A stretch of 64,000 bases of DNA, from the NCBI GenBank assembly GCA_002505455.1, contig DAVB01000055.1, positions 11,710 through 75,709 of the forward strand, written 5' to 3'. Below, in pieces: positions 26,385 to 35,144 of this stretch. Source of the stretch: Euryarchaeota archaeon UBA52. GTDB lineage: Archaea > Thermoplasmatota > Poseidoniia > Poseidoniales > Thalassarchaeaceae. Position numbers and translations under genes: made by a program. Position 1 is the stretch's first letter. Every line of letters begins with the position of its first letter. The notes beneath the pieces are model-generated. The model made no database searches and was not told the origin of the DNA. It saw only the letters and a program-made list of their open reading frames with translations.

Positions 26385-27455
26385 GTGAGAGGGGGTATGT
26401 CCGACGGCAATCACAGGCCCATGGCGTGGTCATCGATGCTTGGGATGGCTGGTATGTTCATCTTCACAATAGCCATCGGAATTTTCATTCAACCCGCATG
26501 GAATTTCGAAGATGCGAAGGCTTTCGGTGAAGAGGGATCCACTGAAAGTGTGAACATACTTCTCTATTTGATGATGATTTTCTTATTCACTGCGCTTGTA
26601 ATTTGGCTAGCCAGGAAGGGGCGTCAAGTGTTGATCAAAGCATTCGTTCTTTTTGCACTTTGGGTATCGATGATCTATGCGACCTTTCCACTTTTGGTCT
26701 TGGGATTCGTGATGATAGGCACTCAGATGCCTGATGTGGTATTTTTCCAATCTCTTGATGCGGCATTTTACCTATCTCTGATCATTAGTCTGATTGCGAT
26801 AGTCGGGCTCTACAGATATCCTGAGTGGTGGGTTGTGAATGGAGTGGGCATGATTGTTGGTTCAGGGGTGATTGTCATGATGGGGATCAGCTTCGTCCCG
26901 GTGCTGGTGTGCATATTCATGATCGCTGCGGCCATTTATGACTACTGGGCGGTGCATCGCTCCAAACACATGCTCGAGCTGGCTGATACGATGATTGACC
27001 TCAAACTCCCAGTCGTTCTCGTTGCTCCCAAGGACGCCAGTTACAGCTTCAGAAGCGAGCGGGGGGGCATACGCAGCTCAGAGCCGATTGCAGGGGATTC
27101 CTCAGTTCGACTGGAAGAAGGGGTATCGAAGAAAGGGAGGGATGCGCTTTTCATGGGCCTGGGTGACGTGATCTTCCCGGGCATGCTTGTCATCTCAAGC
27201 CTAACCTACATGCCTGAGCTTGGAGGTGAAGTGTACAATCCGTATGGCCCGATGTATCTCAGCCAGATATTGGTGGCTTTGGGCACTCTCGTGGGAGGGC
27301 TGTTCGGATATGTGGCTCTGATGAGGTTCGTTGCAAAGGGGAATGCTCAGCCGGGATTGCCTCTTCTCAATGGAGGGGCGATTCTAGGGTACATCATCAC
27401 TGGAATTATTGTTGTCGGCCCTGCTGCTCTTTGGCAGGACATATCGTTCCTGTGA
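26385..27455 (+). CDS. Presenilin / signal-peptide-peptidase family (A22) intramembrane aspartyl protease homolog
   Basis: ~9 TM helices. All three family signatures occur in order inside helices: YD (AAIYDYWAV), GLGD (FMGLGDVIFPG) and PAL (VVGPAALW). Confidence 0.7.
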   Translation: MRGGMSDGNHRPMAWSSMLGMAGMFIFTIAIGIFIQPAWNFEDAKAFGEEGSTESVNILLYLMMIFLFTALVIWLARKGRQVLIKAFVLFALWVSMIYATFPLLVLGFVMIGTQMPDVVFFQSLDAAFYLSLIISLIAIVGLYRYPEWWVVNGVGMIVGSGVIVMMGISFVPVLVCIFMIAAAIYDYWAVHRSKHMLELADTMIDLKLPVVLVAPKDASYSFRSERGGIRSSEPIAGDSSVRLEEGVSKKGRDALFMGLGDVIFPGMLVISSLTYMPELGGEVYNPYGPMYLSQILVALGTLVGGLFGYVALMRFVAKGNAQPGLPLLNGGAILGYIITGIIVVGPAALWQDISFL

Positions 27456-27500
27456 GTGCTGGAAGCCGAATCCCTCAAGTGGCCCATGGATGACCACTGA

Positions 27501-28787
27501 TTGAGGCTGATGCTAGATATACAGATCTTCCGCGATAATCCGGCCAGCATCCGTGCTGACTTTTCGAAGAGGGGGATCGATGACGCTCTGATCGATGAGG
27601 TGGTACGTCTAGACGAAACCTGGAGGCAGATTAGATACGAAGTTGACCAGCTTCGGAAGAAGAAGAATTCAGCAGCAAGGGGCATTGCTTCAGCGAAGAA
27701 ATCCGGCGACGAAGACGAGTTCGGGCGTATCATGGACGAGGTGTCCAATCTCGGAGAGATGATCGAGAATTTGGAGTCGGATGCCAGGAAAATGGTCGAA
27801 GAACGCGATGGCATCAGAATGCGTATCCCCAATATCCTGCATCCTGATGTCCCAATCGGAAAAGACGATCAGAAGAACGTGGAGATTAGCAGGCACGGGT
27901 CGGAGAGAGTTTTCAGCTTCAAACCTAGAACCCATAACGAGATCATCGAGAAGAACGGATGGGTTGATCTCGCTCGGGGGGCCAAGGTTGCAGGATCTCG
28001 CCAGTACTTCCTGATTGGCGACCTGGCCAGGCTCGAGATGGCGCTCCAGCACTATGCGTCTGACTTCCTCATAGAAAGGGCATACACGCTTGTGCAACCG
28101 CCGCTCATGATGAATAGGGCTGCATACGAGGGAGTGACTGATCTCTCCGACTTCGAGACGGTCATGTATGGGATAGAGCCTGATGGGTACCACCTCATAG
28201 CCACGAGCGAGCATCCACTCACCGCGATGAGGATGGGTGAGATAATCGAGCCTTCTGAGCTTCCCATACGAATGGTTGGTACCAGCCCCTGTTTCCGGAG
28301 AGAGGTCGGGGCGCACGGACTTTCAGACAGAGGGATATGGCGAGTTCATCAATTCACCAAAGTCGAGCAAATTGTCATCTGCAGGCCTGAGGATTCTTGG
28401 GCCATGCATGAGGAGTTGCTTTCCAATGCGAAGGATCTCTGGGACAGCCTCGGACTCCACTACAGGGTTGTTGACATCTGCACGGGAGACATGGGGACTG
28501 TTGCCTCAAGGAAGTATGATTTGGAAGCATGGTTGCCCGGAGCGGGTGCTTTCAAGGAGGTTGTCTCATGCTCTAACTGCACGGACTACCAGGCGAATAG
28601 ACTTAGGATGCGCTACCGTACAAGCAAGGGGAATGAGGCGGTGCATACGCTCAATTCCACCGCTGTTGCGACGAGCAGGGCCCTAGTGGCGATAATGGAG
28701 CAATATCAGACAGAGAATGGGGGGGTTGCGATTCCGGAGGTACTCCAACCGCTCATGGGTGGTCGAACTCACCTCGAACGAATTTGA
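27501..28787 (+). CDS. serS: Seryl-tRNA synthetase
   Basis: N-terminal coiled-coil MLDIQIFRDNPASIRADFSKRG. Class II motifs, e.g. FRRE in SPCFRREVG and the motif-3 region GNEAVHTLNSTAVATSRALVAIMEQY. Confidence 0.95.
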   Translation: MRLMLDIQIFRDNPASIRADFSKRGIDDALIDEVVRLDETWRQIRYEVDQLRKKKNSAARGIASAKKSGDEDEFGRIMDEVSNLGEMIENLESDARKMVEERDGIRMRIPNILHPDVPIGKDDQKNVEISRHGSERVFSFKPRTHNEIIEKNGWVDLARGAKVAGSRQYFLIGDLARLEMALQHYASDFLIERAYTLVQPPLMMNRAAYEGVTDLSDFETVMYGIEPDGYHLIATSEHPLTAMRMGEIIEPSELPIRMVGTSPCFRREVGAHGLSDRGIWRVHQFTKVEQIVICRPEDSWAMHEELLSNAKDLWDSLGLHYRVVDICTGDMGTVASRKYDLEAWLPGAGAFKEVVSCSNCTDYQANRLRMRYRTSKGNEAVHTLNSTAVATSRALVAIMEQYQTENGGVAIPEVLQPLMGGRTHLERI

Positions 28788-30384
28788 TATAGCGCTGTTC
28801 TTCGTTCTCCTCAAACGGGTGTTGGCCTACATTCACCTGATACGCTATTCCTAACCAAGTTCCATCCGGGGAAGTCACTGTCTCGAAGAAATCGTGCAAG
28901 GCGTGTACATCCCCTTGAGACTCCTCGTATGCAGTGATCGTGTGCAGGGGTTCGGGGTCGGCTATGGTGAACGGCCATGTATCGTTGACTTGAGGGGATT
29001 GAACTGCACCAGCGTACAGGAACCACTCTTTGCCCTCGACATAACCGTCATCGCCGCCCCACTGATCATAATCCAGGCCATAGAATGCAAGGGTGACGAC
29101 ATCCCCCTCCGTGATTGAGATGAAGGGATACATCGAGATCCCCCGGAATGACTGGACCTCCCACGAATCCGACCAATTGCTCCCATTGTCGTAAGATATG
29201 GCGAAGCGCATCTTCCAGGGATCGGTATCCGATCCAGGGCAGTCGGCCCAAGCTACTGCGACTGTCCCCTTCTCGTTGTTGTTGACCACGGGGTATCCCT
29301 CTGGGCAATTCCCATTTCTCGGGCCGACTTCGACGGGATCCTGCCAGGTTCCATCGCCGGGACCCGGGCCTGTTCCCCTGCCGTAGTCCTCAGATATCCG
29401 CACATGTACGTATCCGGAGTCTGTATCTGCATTTTCCTGTGCGACAAAAACATAGGGGCCTGCCCGTTGTGACGAGATTGTTGACCAGCCCCCAGGCATT
29501 GAGTAGCACTGGCTGAATGATGCGCCGCCGTCTTCGGAATGGTAGTACCAGTATCTCCCGGAGTCCCCGCTGCACTCCGGGGGGGATGCTCCTGAGTTGC
29601 CCAGGTAGTGGATGATTCCATCACCCTGGGCAGCCACCCAGGGCCGATCGTCAGCAGCCATGGTGTTCATTCTCTGACATGGCCCATCCTCGTAACTGGT
29701 ACCGTTGTCCGAAAACCGATGCCACCAGTTATCCTCCAGAGTGGTGTCGAGATAATAGACGACATCGTATGCATCTACCGATATATCGCCCTCATCGCCC
29801 AAGCACTCGGAGGCCCCCCCAGCGTAATTGGCAAGCAGCATATTGCCGGGGGTGGGTGCAAACTGATCGCCATGATCCCATGTAGCTCCGCCATCGCTGC
29901 TCGCCCAGAACCAGCTGGCCCAGTAATCCCAGGTTGTGTCTGCCCCATCAGTGCAGGCCCACCATGGGCCCGGATCATCCGGATCGAGGATTATCGGCAC
30001 AGGGGAGTCCTCGCCGCCCCATCTGAGATCCTTGTGGGCTGTGATGTACATGCTGCCGTCACTGGTGATGGATATCGATGGCTCATATCCAACGCCAAAC
30101 CCCTCGTAACCGGGGTCTTGACCGTTGTTTGGGTCTATGCACTCCTCATGCCTCGGCATGAATACGGACTCGCCCCATGAAATCTGAATTGAAGGTTCAT
30201 CGGCATCAGGAGATGATTCAGTGACGTCATTAACTATCCACGAATAGAGGGGCACGGCGAGTAGCAAGATCACGATGAACGCAAGAGCGGTGTCCAAGAT
30301 GAGGAACTCGACGATGTCCTCGAATTTCCTTCTTTCCTTCACATTGTCATCAAAGGGCGGACTGCCTTGAATATCACCCTCCAT
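28753..30384 (-). CDS. Membrane-anchored (N-terminal TM) extracytoplasmic BNR/Asp-box repeat protein (sialidase-fold beta-propeller-like), Trp-rich
   Basis: TM LILDTALAFIVILLLAVPLY. Asp-box motifs SSDGGATW and SEDGGASF. Many W/D/G. The 3' end overlaps serS by 35 nt (convergent). Confidence 0.6.
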   Translation of the reverse strand: MEGDIQGSPPFDDNVKERRKFEDIVEFLILDTALAFIVILLLAVPLYSWIVNDVTESSPDADEPSIQISWGESVFMPRHEECIDPNNGQDPGYEGFGVGYEPSISITSDGSMYITAHKDLRWGGEDSPVPIILDPDDPGPWWACTDGADTTWDYWASWFWASSDGGATWDHGDQFAPTPGNMLLANYAGGASECLGDEGDISVDAYDVVYYLDTTLEDNWWHRFSDNGTSYEDGPCQRMNTMAADDRPWVAAQGDGIIHYLGNSGASPPECSGDSGRYWYYHSEDGGASFSQCYSMPGGWSTISSQRAGPYVFVAQENADTDSGYVHVRISEDYGRGTGPGPGDGTWQDPVEVGPRNGNCPEGYPVVNNNEKGTVAVAWADCPGSDTDPWKMRFAISYDNGSNWSDSWEVQSFRGISMYPFISITEGDVVTLAFYGLDYDQWGGDDGYVEGKEWFLYAGAVQSPQVNDTWPFTIADPEPLHTITAYEESQGDVHALHDFFETVTSPDGTWLGIAYQVNVGQHPFEENEEQRYIKFVRGEFDHP

Positions 30385-30454
30385 CGTGTCAGCACGTGAG
30401 GTGTTTCTTCATAGTGCTGAGCATTGATTCCCGGGATTCGCGTCTGTAGAACGA

Positions 30455-30790
30455 TTATTGATTTGTATCGGGCGGTTTCCAAAGATTTGGCCATCGCCTC
30501 TTGATGTGCCTGAATATGATTCGACTCAGAATCATCGAGAATAATAGGAATAAGACCGACGTCCACCAAGGAGTCTCGTCATTGGTCGCTAGGAACCATG
30601 TGATTCCGAGAATTGCTGCACCATAGAAGGCTCGGAAAATCGAGAAGATCAGAAAACCTCGAAGAAAAGAGTTTGCTAGGATCTTAGAAATGAAGGATTC
30701 ACCGCCCACGATCAAATCGAAGGGGGCCAGGTGCATGAGAATGGTGGTCTCATCACATTCGATACGGTGATGTGCATGTTCCACATGCAA
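30455..30790 (-). CDS. Small hypothetical membrane protein (2-3 TM)
   Basis: Hydrophobic helices, no motif. Divergent from vsr. Confidence 0.3.
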   Translation of the reverse strand: MHVEHAHHRIECDETTILMHLAPFDLIVGGESFISKILANSFLRGFLIFSIFRAFYGAAILGITWFLATNDETPWWTSVLFLLFSMILSRIIFRHIKRRWPNLWKPPDTNQ

Positions 30791-30843
30791 TCGACATGAG
30801 TGACGTATCTCCTCCTGCTTCTTCTCCTGCTGTGAGGAAGACG

Positions 30844-31221
30844 ATGCAAGGCAATCGAAGCCGGGATACGAAGCCTGAGCTGGCTGTTCGCCGGATGCTT
30901 AGAGGTGCGGGTTTCCCCGGATACAGGATTCATTGGAGGATCGATGACTCAGAAGGGCGATACATATGTCGTCCCGACATCTGTTATCCTGGAAGGAAAA
31001 TTGCGATATTCGTCCATGGATGCTTCTGGCACCGGTGTCCGAATTGCAAACCCTCTATGCCGAAAACGAATGTCGAATACTGGAGGCCTAAGTTTGAGCG
31101 AAATGTGGAGCGAGATAGATCGAAACATGAAAGATTGGTCAATCTTGGATGGGATGTGAGGACCATCTGGGAATGTGAACTGGAAAATGTAGATGCCAAG
31201 AGTATGATGAACAAGGATTGA
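30844..31221 (+). CDS. vsr: Very-short-patch-repair (Vsr) type T:G mismatch endonuclease
   Basis: Classic Vsr motifs DTKPELAVRRMLRGAGFPGYRIHWR...RPDICYPGRKIAIFVHGCFWHRCPNCK (catalytic Asp, FxHGCFWHxH-C zinc site). The start is set at MQGNRS (ATG 30844); the ORF track starts at 30772. Confidence 0.8.
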   Translation: MQGNRSRDTKPELAVRRMLRGAGFPGYRIHWRIDDSEGRYICRPDICYPGRKIAIFVHGCFWHRCPNCKPSMPKTNVEYWRPKFERNVERDRSKHERLVNLGWDVRTIWECELENVDAKSMMNKD

Positions 31222-31294
31222 GATTTAATTCGAAGTACTAAACATTCAGTAGGCGCTACTTCGACATTCCTTGCTCATCTGTGGGAGGATTTTC

Positions 31295-31822
31295 TCAGCC
31301 TGGATCGGATGATATGGAGGCGTCTTGAGGTGTGATTGAAATCAGAATCTCGCCCATGTCGACTCTATCGCCTTCCGTGAAGTAGATGGAAGACACCTTT
31401 CCCGACTCTGGTGCGGTTATCTGGTGCTCCATCTTCATGGCTTCGAGGATCATCATCGGTTGGCCCTCACGCACTCGGTGTCCAGTTTTCACGAGGACTT
31501 CCCTGACTGTGCCTGGCATAGGAGCTGTGAGACCGCCTACACCTATGTCTGATGAGGTCGAGTCTTGACTCCTTTCTCGAACGACGTGAGTATTCCCTTC
31601 AAGCGATACCCACCACGCGTCTCCAACCTTTGTGACATCTGCTCGATACATTCTCCCAAGGCTCTCGATGATGACTGATCCGCGTGATTCGTCATATCTG
31701 ATCGAGAAGTCCTGATTCACTTCGACATCTTCGGCTTGTAATCGGTCGACGAACAGGTTGTTCTTCTCAGAACGTAGTCTCACTGACCATGTTTTGTCAT
31801 CTCCGTCAATCTTCCAATCCAT
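31295..31822 (-). CDS. Biotin carboxyl carrier protein (biotinyl domain) of acyl-CoA carboxylase
   Basis: Biotinylation motif ILEAMKMEHQITAPESGKV (AMKM) in the C-terminal lipoyl/biotinyl fold. 175 aa. Confidence 0.8.
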   Translation of the reverse strand: MDWKIDGDDKTWSVRLRSEKNNLFVDRLQAEDVEVNQDFSIRYDESRGSVIIESLGRMYRADVTKVGDAWWVSLEGNTHVVRERSQDSTSSDIGVGGLTAPMPGTVREVLVKTGHRVREGQPMMILEAMKMEHQITAPESGKVSSIYFTEGDRVDMGEILISITPQDASISSDPG

Positions 31823-31831
31823 TCCATCACC

Positions 31832-33385
31832 TCATGGGAAATTGCGAGACAGAGTTCGGAAAGGGTCTCCGAAGTGACCTGTGTGCTGATCAACAATGGA
31901 TGGAGCGCTTGTAACTGCTGCTCTATGGAGACCGAGGCGCTCTGCTGCTGATGCTATCACGGACAGCATGCCCTTGACCGGTTCCTCGGGCCGGGCCGGG
32001 AGGTCCAAGTCATCGAGGTGGTCAGTCGTAACACCCGGTCCAGAGAAAGTGTCGGAAACCAACATCTCCCTACAAAAAGCGATATTCGAACGAACTCCGT
32101 GCAGGATGATTTGGGATAGAGCCTGATCTAGTCTCCTGATTGCCGATGCGCGGTCGGGTGCATGGACTATGACCTTGGCAAGCATCGGATCGAATGCGGT
32201 GGTCACTTCGTCCCCCGTCCGTACGCCTGTGTCGACTCTTATGCCCGGCCCATCAGGCATCTCGAAGCGGGCTATGGGGCCTATGGATGGCAAGAATCCG
32301 GAAGATGGGTCTTCAGCGTACAGACGCGCCTCCATAGCGTGGCCTGAGATTCCCACTTCGGCCTGTTTTATTGGAAGAGGGAGCCCGGCTGCAACTGAAA
32401 ATTGCATGTGGACAAGATCTAGGCCTGTGATGAGTTCAGTAACAGGGTGCTCAACCTGAAGCCTCGTATTCATCTCTAGGAAGTAAAATTCGTCCCTGTC
32501 CGATAGGAGGAACTCGACAGTTCCTGCGCCCTCGTAATCAACCGCGCGAGCTGCTTGTACCGCCGCCTCTCCCATCAGAGATCTCAGACGAGGGGTTACT
32601 GCTGGGGATGGCGCTTCTTCTATCACCTTCTGATGTCTCCTCTGAAGAGAGCAATCTCGCTCATTAAGATGGATTGCGTTTCCATGACGATCTGCGAATA
32701 TCTGGATCTCGATGTGCCTTGCCCTCCTAAGGAGGCGCTCGACATACACGGTTCCATCACCGAAGGCTGCAGTGGCCTCTCTTGAAGCTGCATCATACTC
32801 TGTTCGGAGACGCTTGGGCTCCTCGACCATGCGCATGCCCTTGCCGCCTCCTCCTGCACTTGCCTTGAGGAGGAGCGGGTAGCCCACTTCTGCTGCAGCG
32901 GCGGCTAGTTGAGGCAGGGGGTCTTCGTCATCTGAGACTTCGATTGATTTACCGGGGATAACAGGTACCGAGGCATTGACCATCGCCTCTCTTGCCCTTA
33001 TTTTGTCTCCCATGGTTCGAATAGCATCCGCAGATGGCCCAATCCACACTAATCCTGATTCAGTCACCTTATCGGCGAATTCTGGTCTTTCAGAAAGGAA
33101 GCCGTATCCCGGGTGTATCGCATCCGCTCCGGATGCCTTTGCAGCATCCAGTATCGCATCTATCGAAAGGTAAGTGCTAGAGAGGTCCTCTCCTGGCAGC
33201 CTGATCTTTTGATCTGCGAAGTCGAGATGCATGGAATTGGAGTCCAGATCATTGTAAACCGCAACACCCCTCAGTCCGCATTCACGGACAGCTCTAAGCA
33301 CGCGGACTGCTATCTCGCCCCTGTTGGCAACGAGCACGCAGGTGAAGGGGGTGGTCGCCTCCATCATCCACCCCGGCATCTCCAT
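31832..33385 (-). CDS. Biotin carboxylase subunit of acyl-CoA carboxylase (likely methylcrotonyl-CoA carboxylase alpha, split from BCCP)
   Basis: VLVANRGEIAVRVLRA start, ATP-grasp motifs GGGGKGMRMV and EMNTRLQVEHPVTE. 517 aa with no fused biotinyl domain. Confidence 0.9.
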   Translation of the reverse strand: MEMPGWMMEATTPFTCVLVANRGEIAVRVLRAVRECGLRGVAVYNDLDSNSMHLDFADQKIRLPGEDLSSTYLSIDAILDAAKASGADAIHPGYGFLSERPEFADKVTESGLVWIGPSADAIRTMGDKIRAREAMVNASVPVIPGKSIEVSDDEDPLPQLAAAAAEVGYPLLLKASAGGGGKGMRMVEEPKRLRTEYDAASREATAAFGDGTVYVERLLRRARHIEIQIFADRHGNAIHLNERDCSLQRRHQKVIEEAPSPAVTPRLRSLMGEAAVQAARAVDYEGAGTVEFLLSDRDEFYFLEMNTRLQVEHPVTELITGLDLVHMQFSVAAGLPLPIKQAEVGISGHAMEARLYAEDPSSGFLPSIGPIARFEMPDGPGIRVDTGVRTGDEVTTAFDPMLAKVIVHAPDRASAIRRLDQALSQIILHGVRSNIAFCREMLVSDTFSGPGVTTDHLDDLDLPARPEEPVKGMLSVIASAAERLGLHRAAVTSAPSIVDQHTGHFGDPFRTLSRNFP

Positions 33386-33437
33386 GTTTCCCCCACATCA
33401 GATGCATTCATTGAATTGTTGCTAGGTTTGTCATCGA

Positions 33438-34337
33438 TTACAAGACAATCTCGTCGCCTTCCGTGGCTATCGACCAACCCATCAGGTCTTCTGTGACATC
33501 GATCTTGCTCAATGCCCTATTGGAATGATTGAGATGTATGAATCGTATATCTGGGTCGTCTTCCTTTCTAGGGCCCAATCTCCTGATTGATTCGAGAATC
33601 GGCGGATGAGGAATGGAATTTTGGCGTGGCAGGTCATCAGAACTCCAAAATGTTCCATCCATGAGAACGACATCTGCCTGCATGCTGGAAATCCATTCTC
33701 TGATCGAATCGTACCCGACCTGTGCCAGAGTGCTGGTCCAATGGTCGTGATCCGGCAGGTGGAGCAGCGAGCGATTTGGTCCGCGCAATAGGAAGGCATG
33801 CGTATCGCTCCACTCGTCTCGATGTGGTACTTTTATGGGCACCAATGAGAGATTATCCGATATCTGGATCTCATGTCCTGAGTTGAATTGTTTCTTGATG
33901 AATACCCGTTGATTGAGGAGTGCGTTCCAGAGCGGTGTTTCGTGGATCAAGTGGAACATGGATTCACTGGCGTGGAGTCGGATCCCTCTGGAAGCCATTG
34001 CCTCCCTGCCGAATAGCCCAAGTCCGTCAATATGGCCGAGATGGCCGTGAGTGATCCATACGTCAGATATCATCCGAGCGCTGTCATCTAACATCCTCGT
34101 CTGTCTGTCCAGATCACGTGTCACATCGATTAGGTGAAGTTCGTCTCCGTCCCTCACTGCGAGTGATGTTGGAGATAGCTGTCGTCCTTCTTCCGAGAAT
34201 CGTTTGCAGGTGTCACACAAACATCCTGGGTGGGGGACTCCACCATCTTGGGCTATGCCGAGAATGGTTACGACTATTCTCTCAGACATACTGCTACACC
34301 TGATCGAGGGCGATTGCCCGTAATCTAACTCCTCCAA
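33438..34337 (-). CDS. MBL-fold metallo-hydrolase (PqqB/PhnP-like, Cys-rich N-terminus)
   Basis: N-terminal GGVPHPGCLCDTCK resembles the PqqB/PhnP Cys cluster. Metal-binding THGHLGHIDG and a downstream His/Asp. Function not assignable. Confidence 0.45.
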   Translation of the reverse strand: MEELDYGQSPSIRCSSMSERIVVTILGIAQDGGVPHPGCLCDTCKRFSEEGRQLSPTSLAVRDGDELHLIDVTRDLDRQTRMLDDSARMISDVWITHGHLGHIDGLGLFGREAMASRGIRLHASESMFHLIHETPLWNALLNQRVFIKKQFNSGHEIQISDNLSLVPIKVPHRDEWSDTHAFLLRGPNRSLLHLPDHDHWTSTLAQVGYDSIREWISSMQADVVLMDGTFWSSDDLPRQNSIPHPPILESIRRLGPRKEDDPDIRFIHLNHSNRALSKIDVTEDLMGWSIATEGDEIVL

Positions 34338-35140
34338 TCCGGATCTCTTTTTTCAAGGAACGCTGAGAGTCCTTCCTGCCCCTCAGGAGAGCCTCTCATC
34401 TCGCTGGTTAGATCAAGCGTATAATCACGTAGATCTTCATCACTGCCCGTCCATCTATCGAATGTAGAAGTGAGTGCCTTGGCCTTCGAAACCGCGATTG
34501 GGGCCGTCGTGAGGATGTCGTCTGCCACTATTCCTGCCGCATTATCAAAATCAGACGTCGAATCTACGATTTCATCGACGAAGCCTATCCTGAGAGCCTC
34601 ATTGGCGTCTATTCTTGAAGCACGCATGGAAAGACGTCTGAAATTAGCGCTTCCGAGGCGGCGATAGACGTAGGGACCGATGACGGCGGGTAGGATCCCT
34701 AGCTTGGCTTCCGATAACGCGATCCTAGTTCTTGGTTCTGCGATCGTGTGGTCCAAGCAAGCTACGAGTCCGGCTCCCCCACCGAGCGCTACACCCTGTA
34801 TGCAGCCAATTGTGAAGCATGGGTGCGACCACAGACCATGGAAAAGTCTGTCGAGTCTTGCCGAATCCTCGCGGTTCTGTGAGGGGGACTTGGAACCTGC
34901 ATCCCGCATCATCTGGATGTCAGCCCCTGCACAGAAGTGCTTCCCCTCTCCGCGAATATGGAGTATCCTCAGATTGCCGCCCTCGGGGACCGAGTTCGCG
35001 CGTGTCCAATCTAGAAGCTCGCACATCTCCTCAATCAGTCGGATGCTCAGGGCATTGAGCGCATCCGTTCTTTGAAGGGTTATTGTGGCTTGCTGGCCTT
35101 TTATTTCAAGCGAACATAGTTCTGTTTCCGGTTCTTGCAT
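34325..35140 (-). CDS. Enoyl-CoA hydratase/isomerase (crotonase) family; by context likely methylglutaconyl-CoA hydratase
   Basis: Crotonase motifs: ALNALS, oxyanion FCAGADI, and catalytic Glu region GGGAGLVACLDHTIAEP. 13-nt overlap with the MBL gene. Confidence 0.8.
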   Translation of the reverse strand: MQEPETELCSLEIKGQQATITLQRTDALNALSIRLIEEMCELLDWTRANSVPEGGNLRILHIRGEGKHFCAGADIQMMRDAGSKSPSQNREDSARLDRLFHGLWSHPCFTIGCIQGVALGGGAGLVACLDHTIAEPRTRIALSEAKLGILPAVIGPYVYRRLGSANFRRLSMRASRIDANEALRIGFVDEIVDSTSDFDNAAGIVADDILTTAPIAVSKAKALTSTFDRWTGSDEDLRDYTLDLTSEMRGSPEGQEGLSAFLEKRDPDWRS

Positions 35141-35144
35141 CTAA

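Noticed and set aside
29608-30180. 190-aa plus-strand ORF antisense within the BNR-protein gene
   Set aside because: No motifs. The sense strand encodes Asp-box motifs and a TM anchor. Pro/Gly-rich antisense ORFs are common in this GC/codon context.
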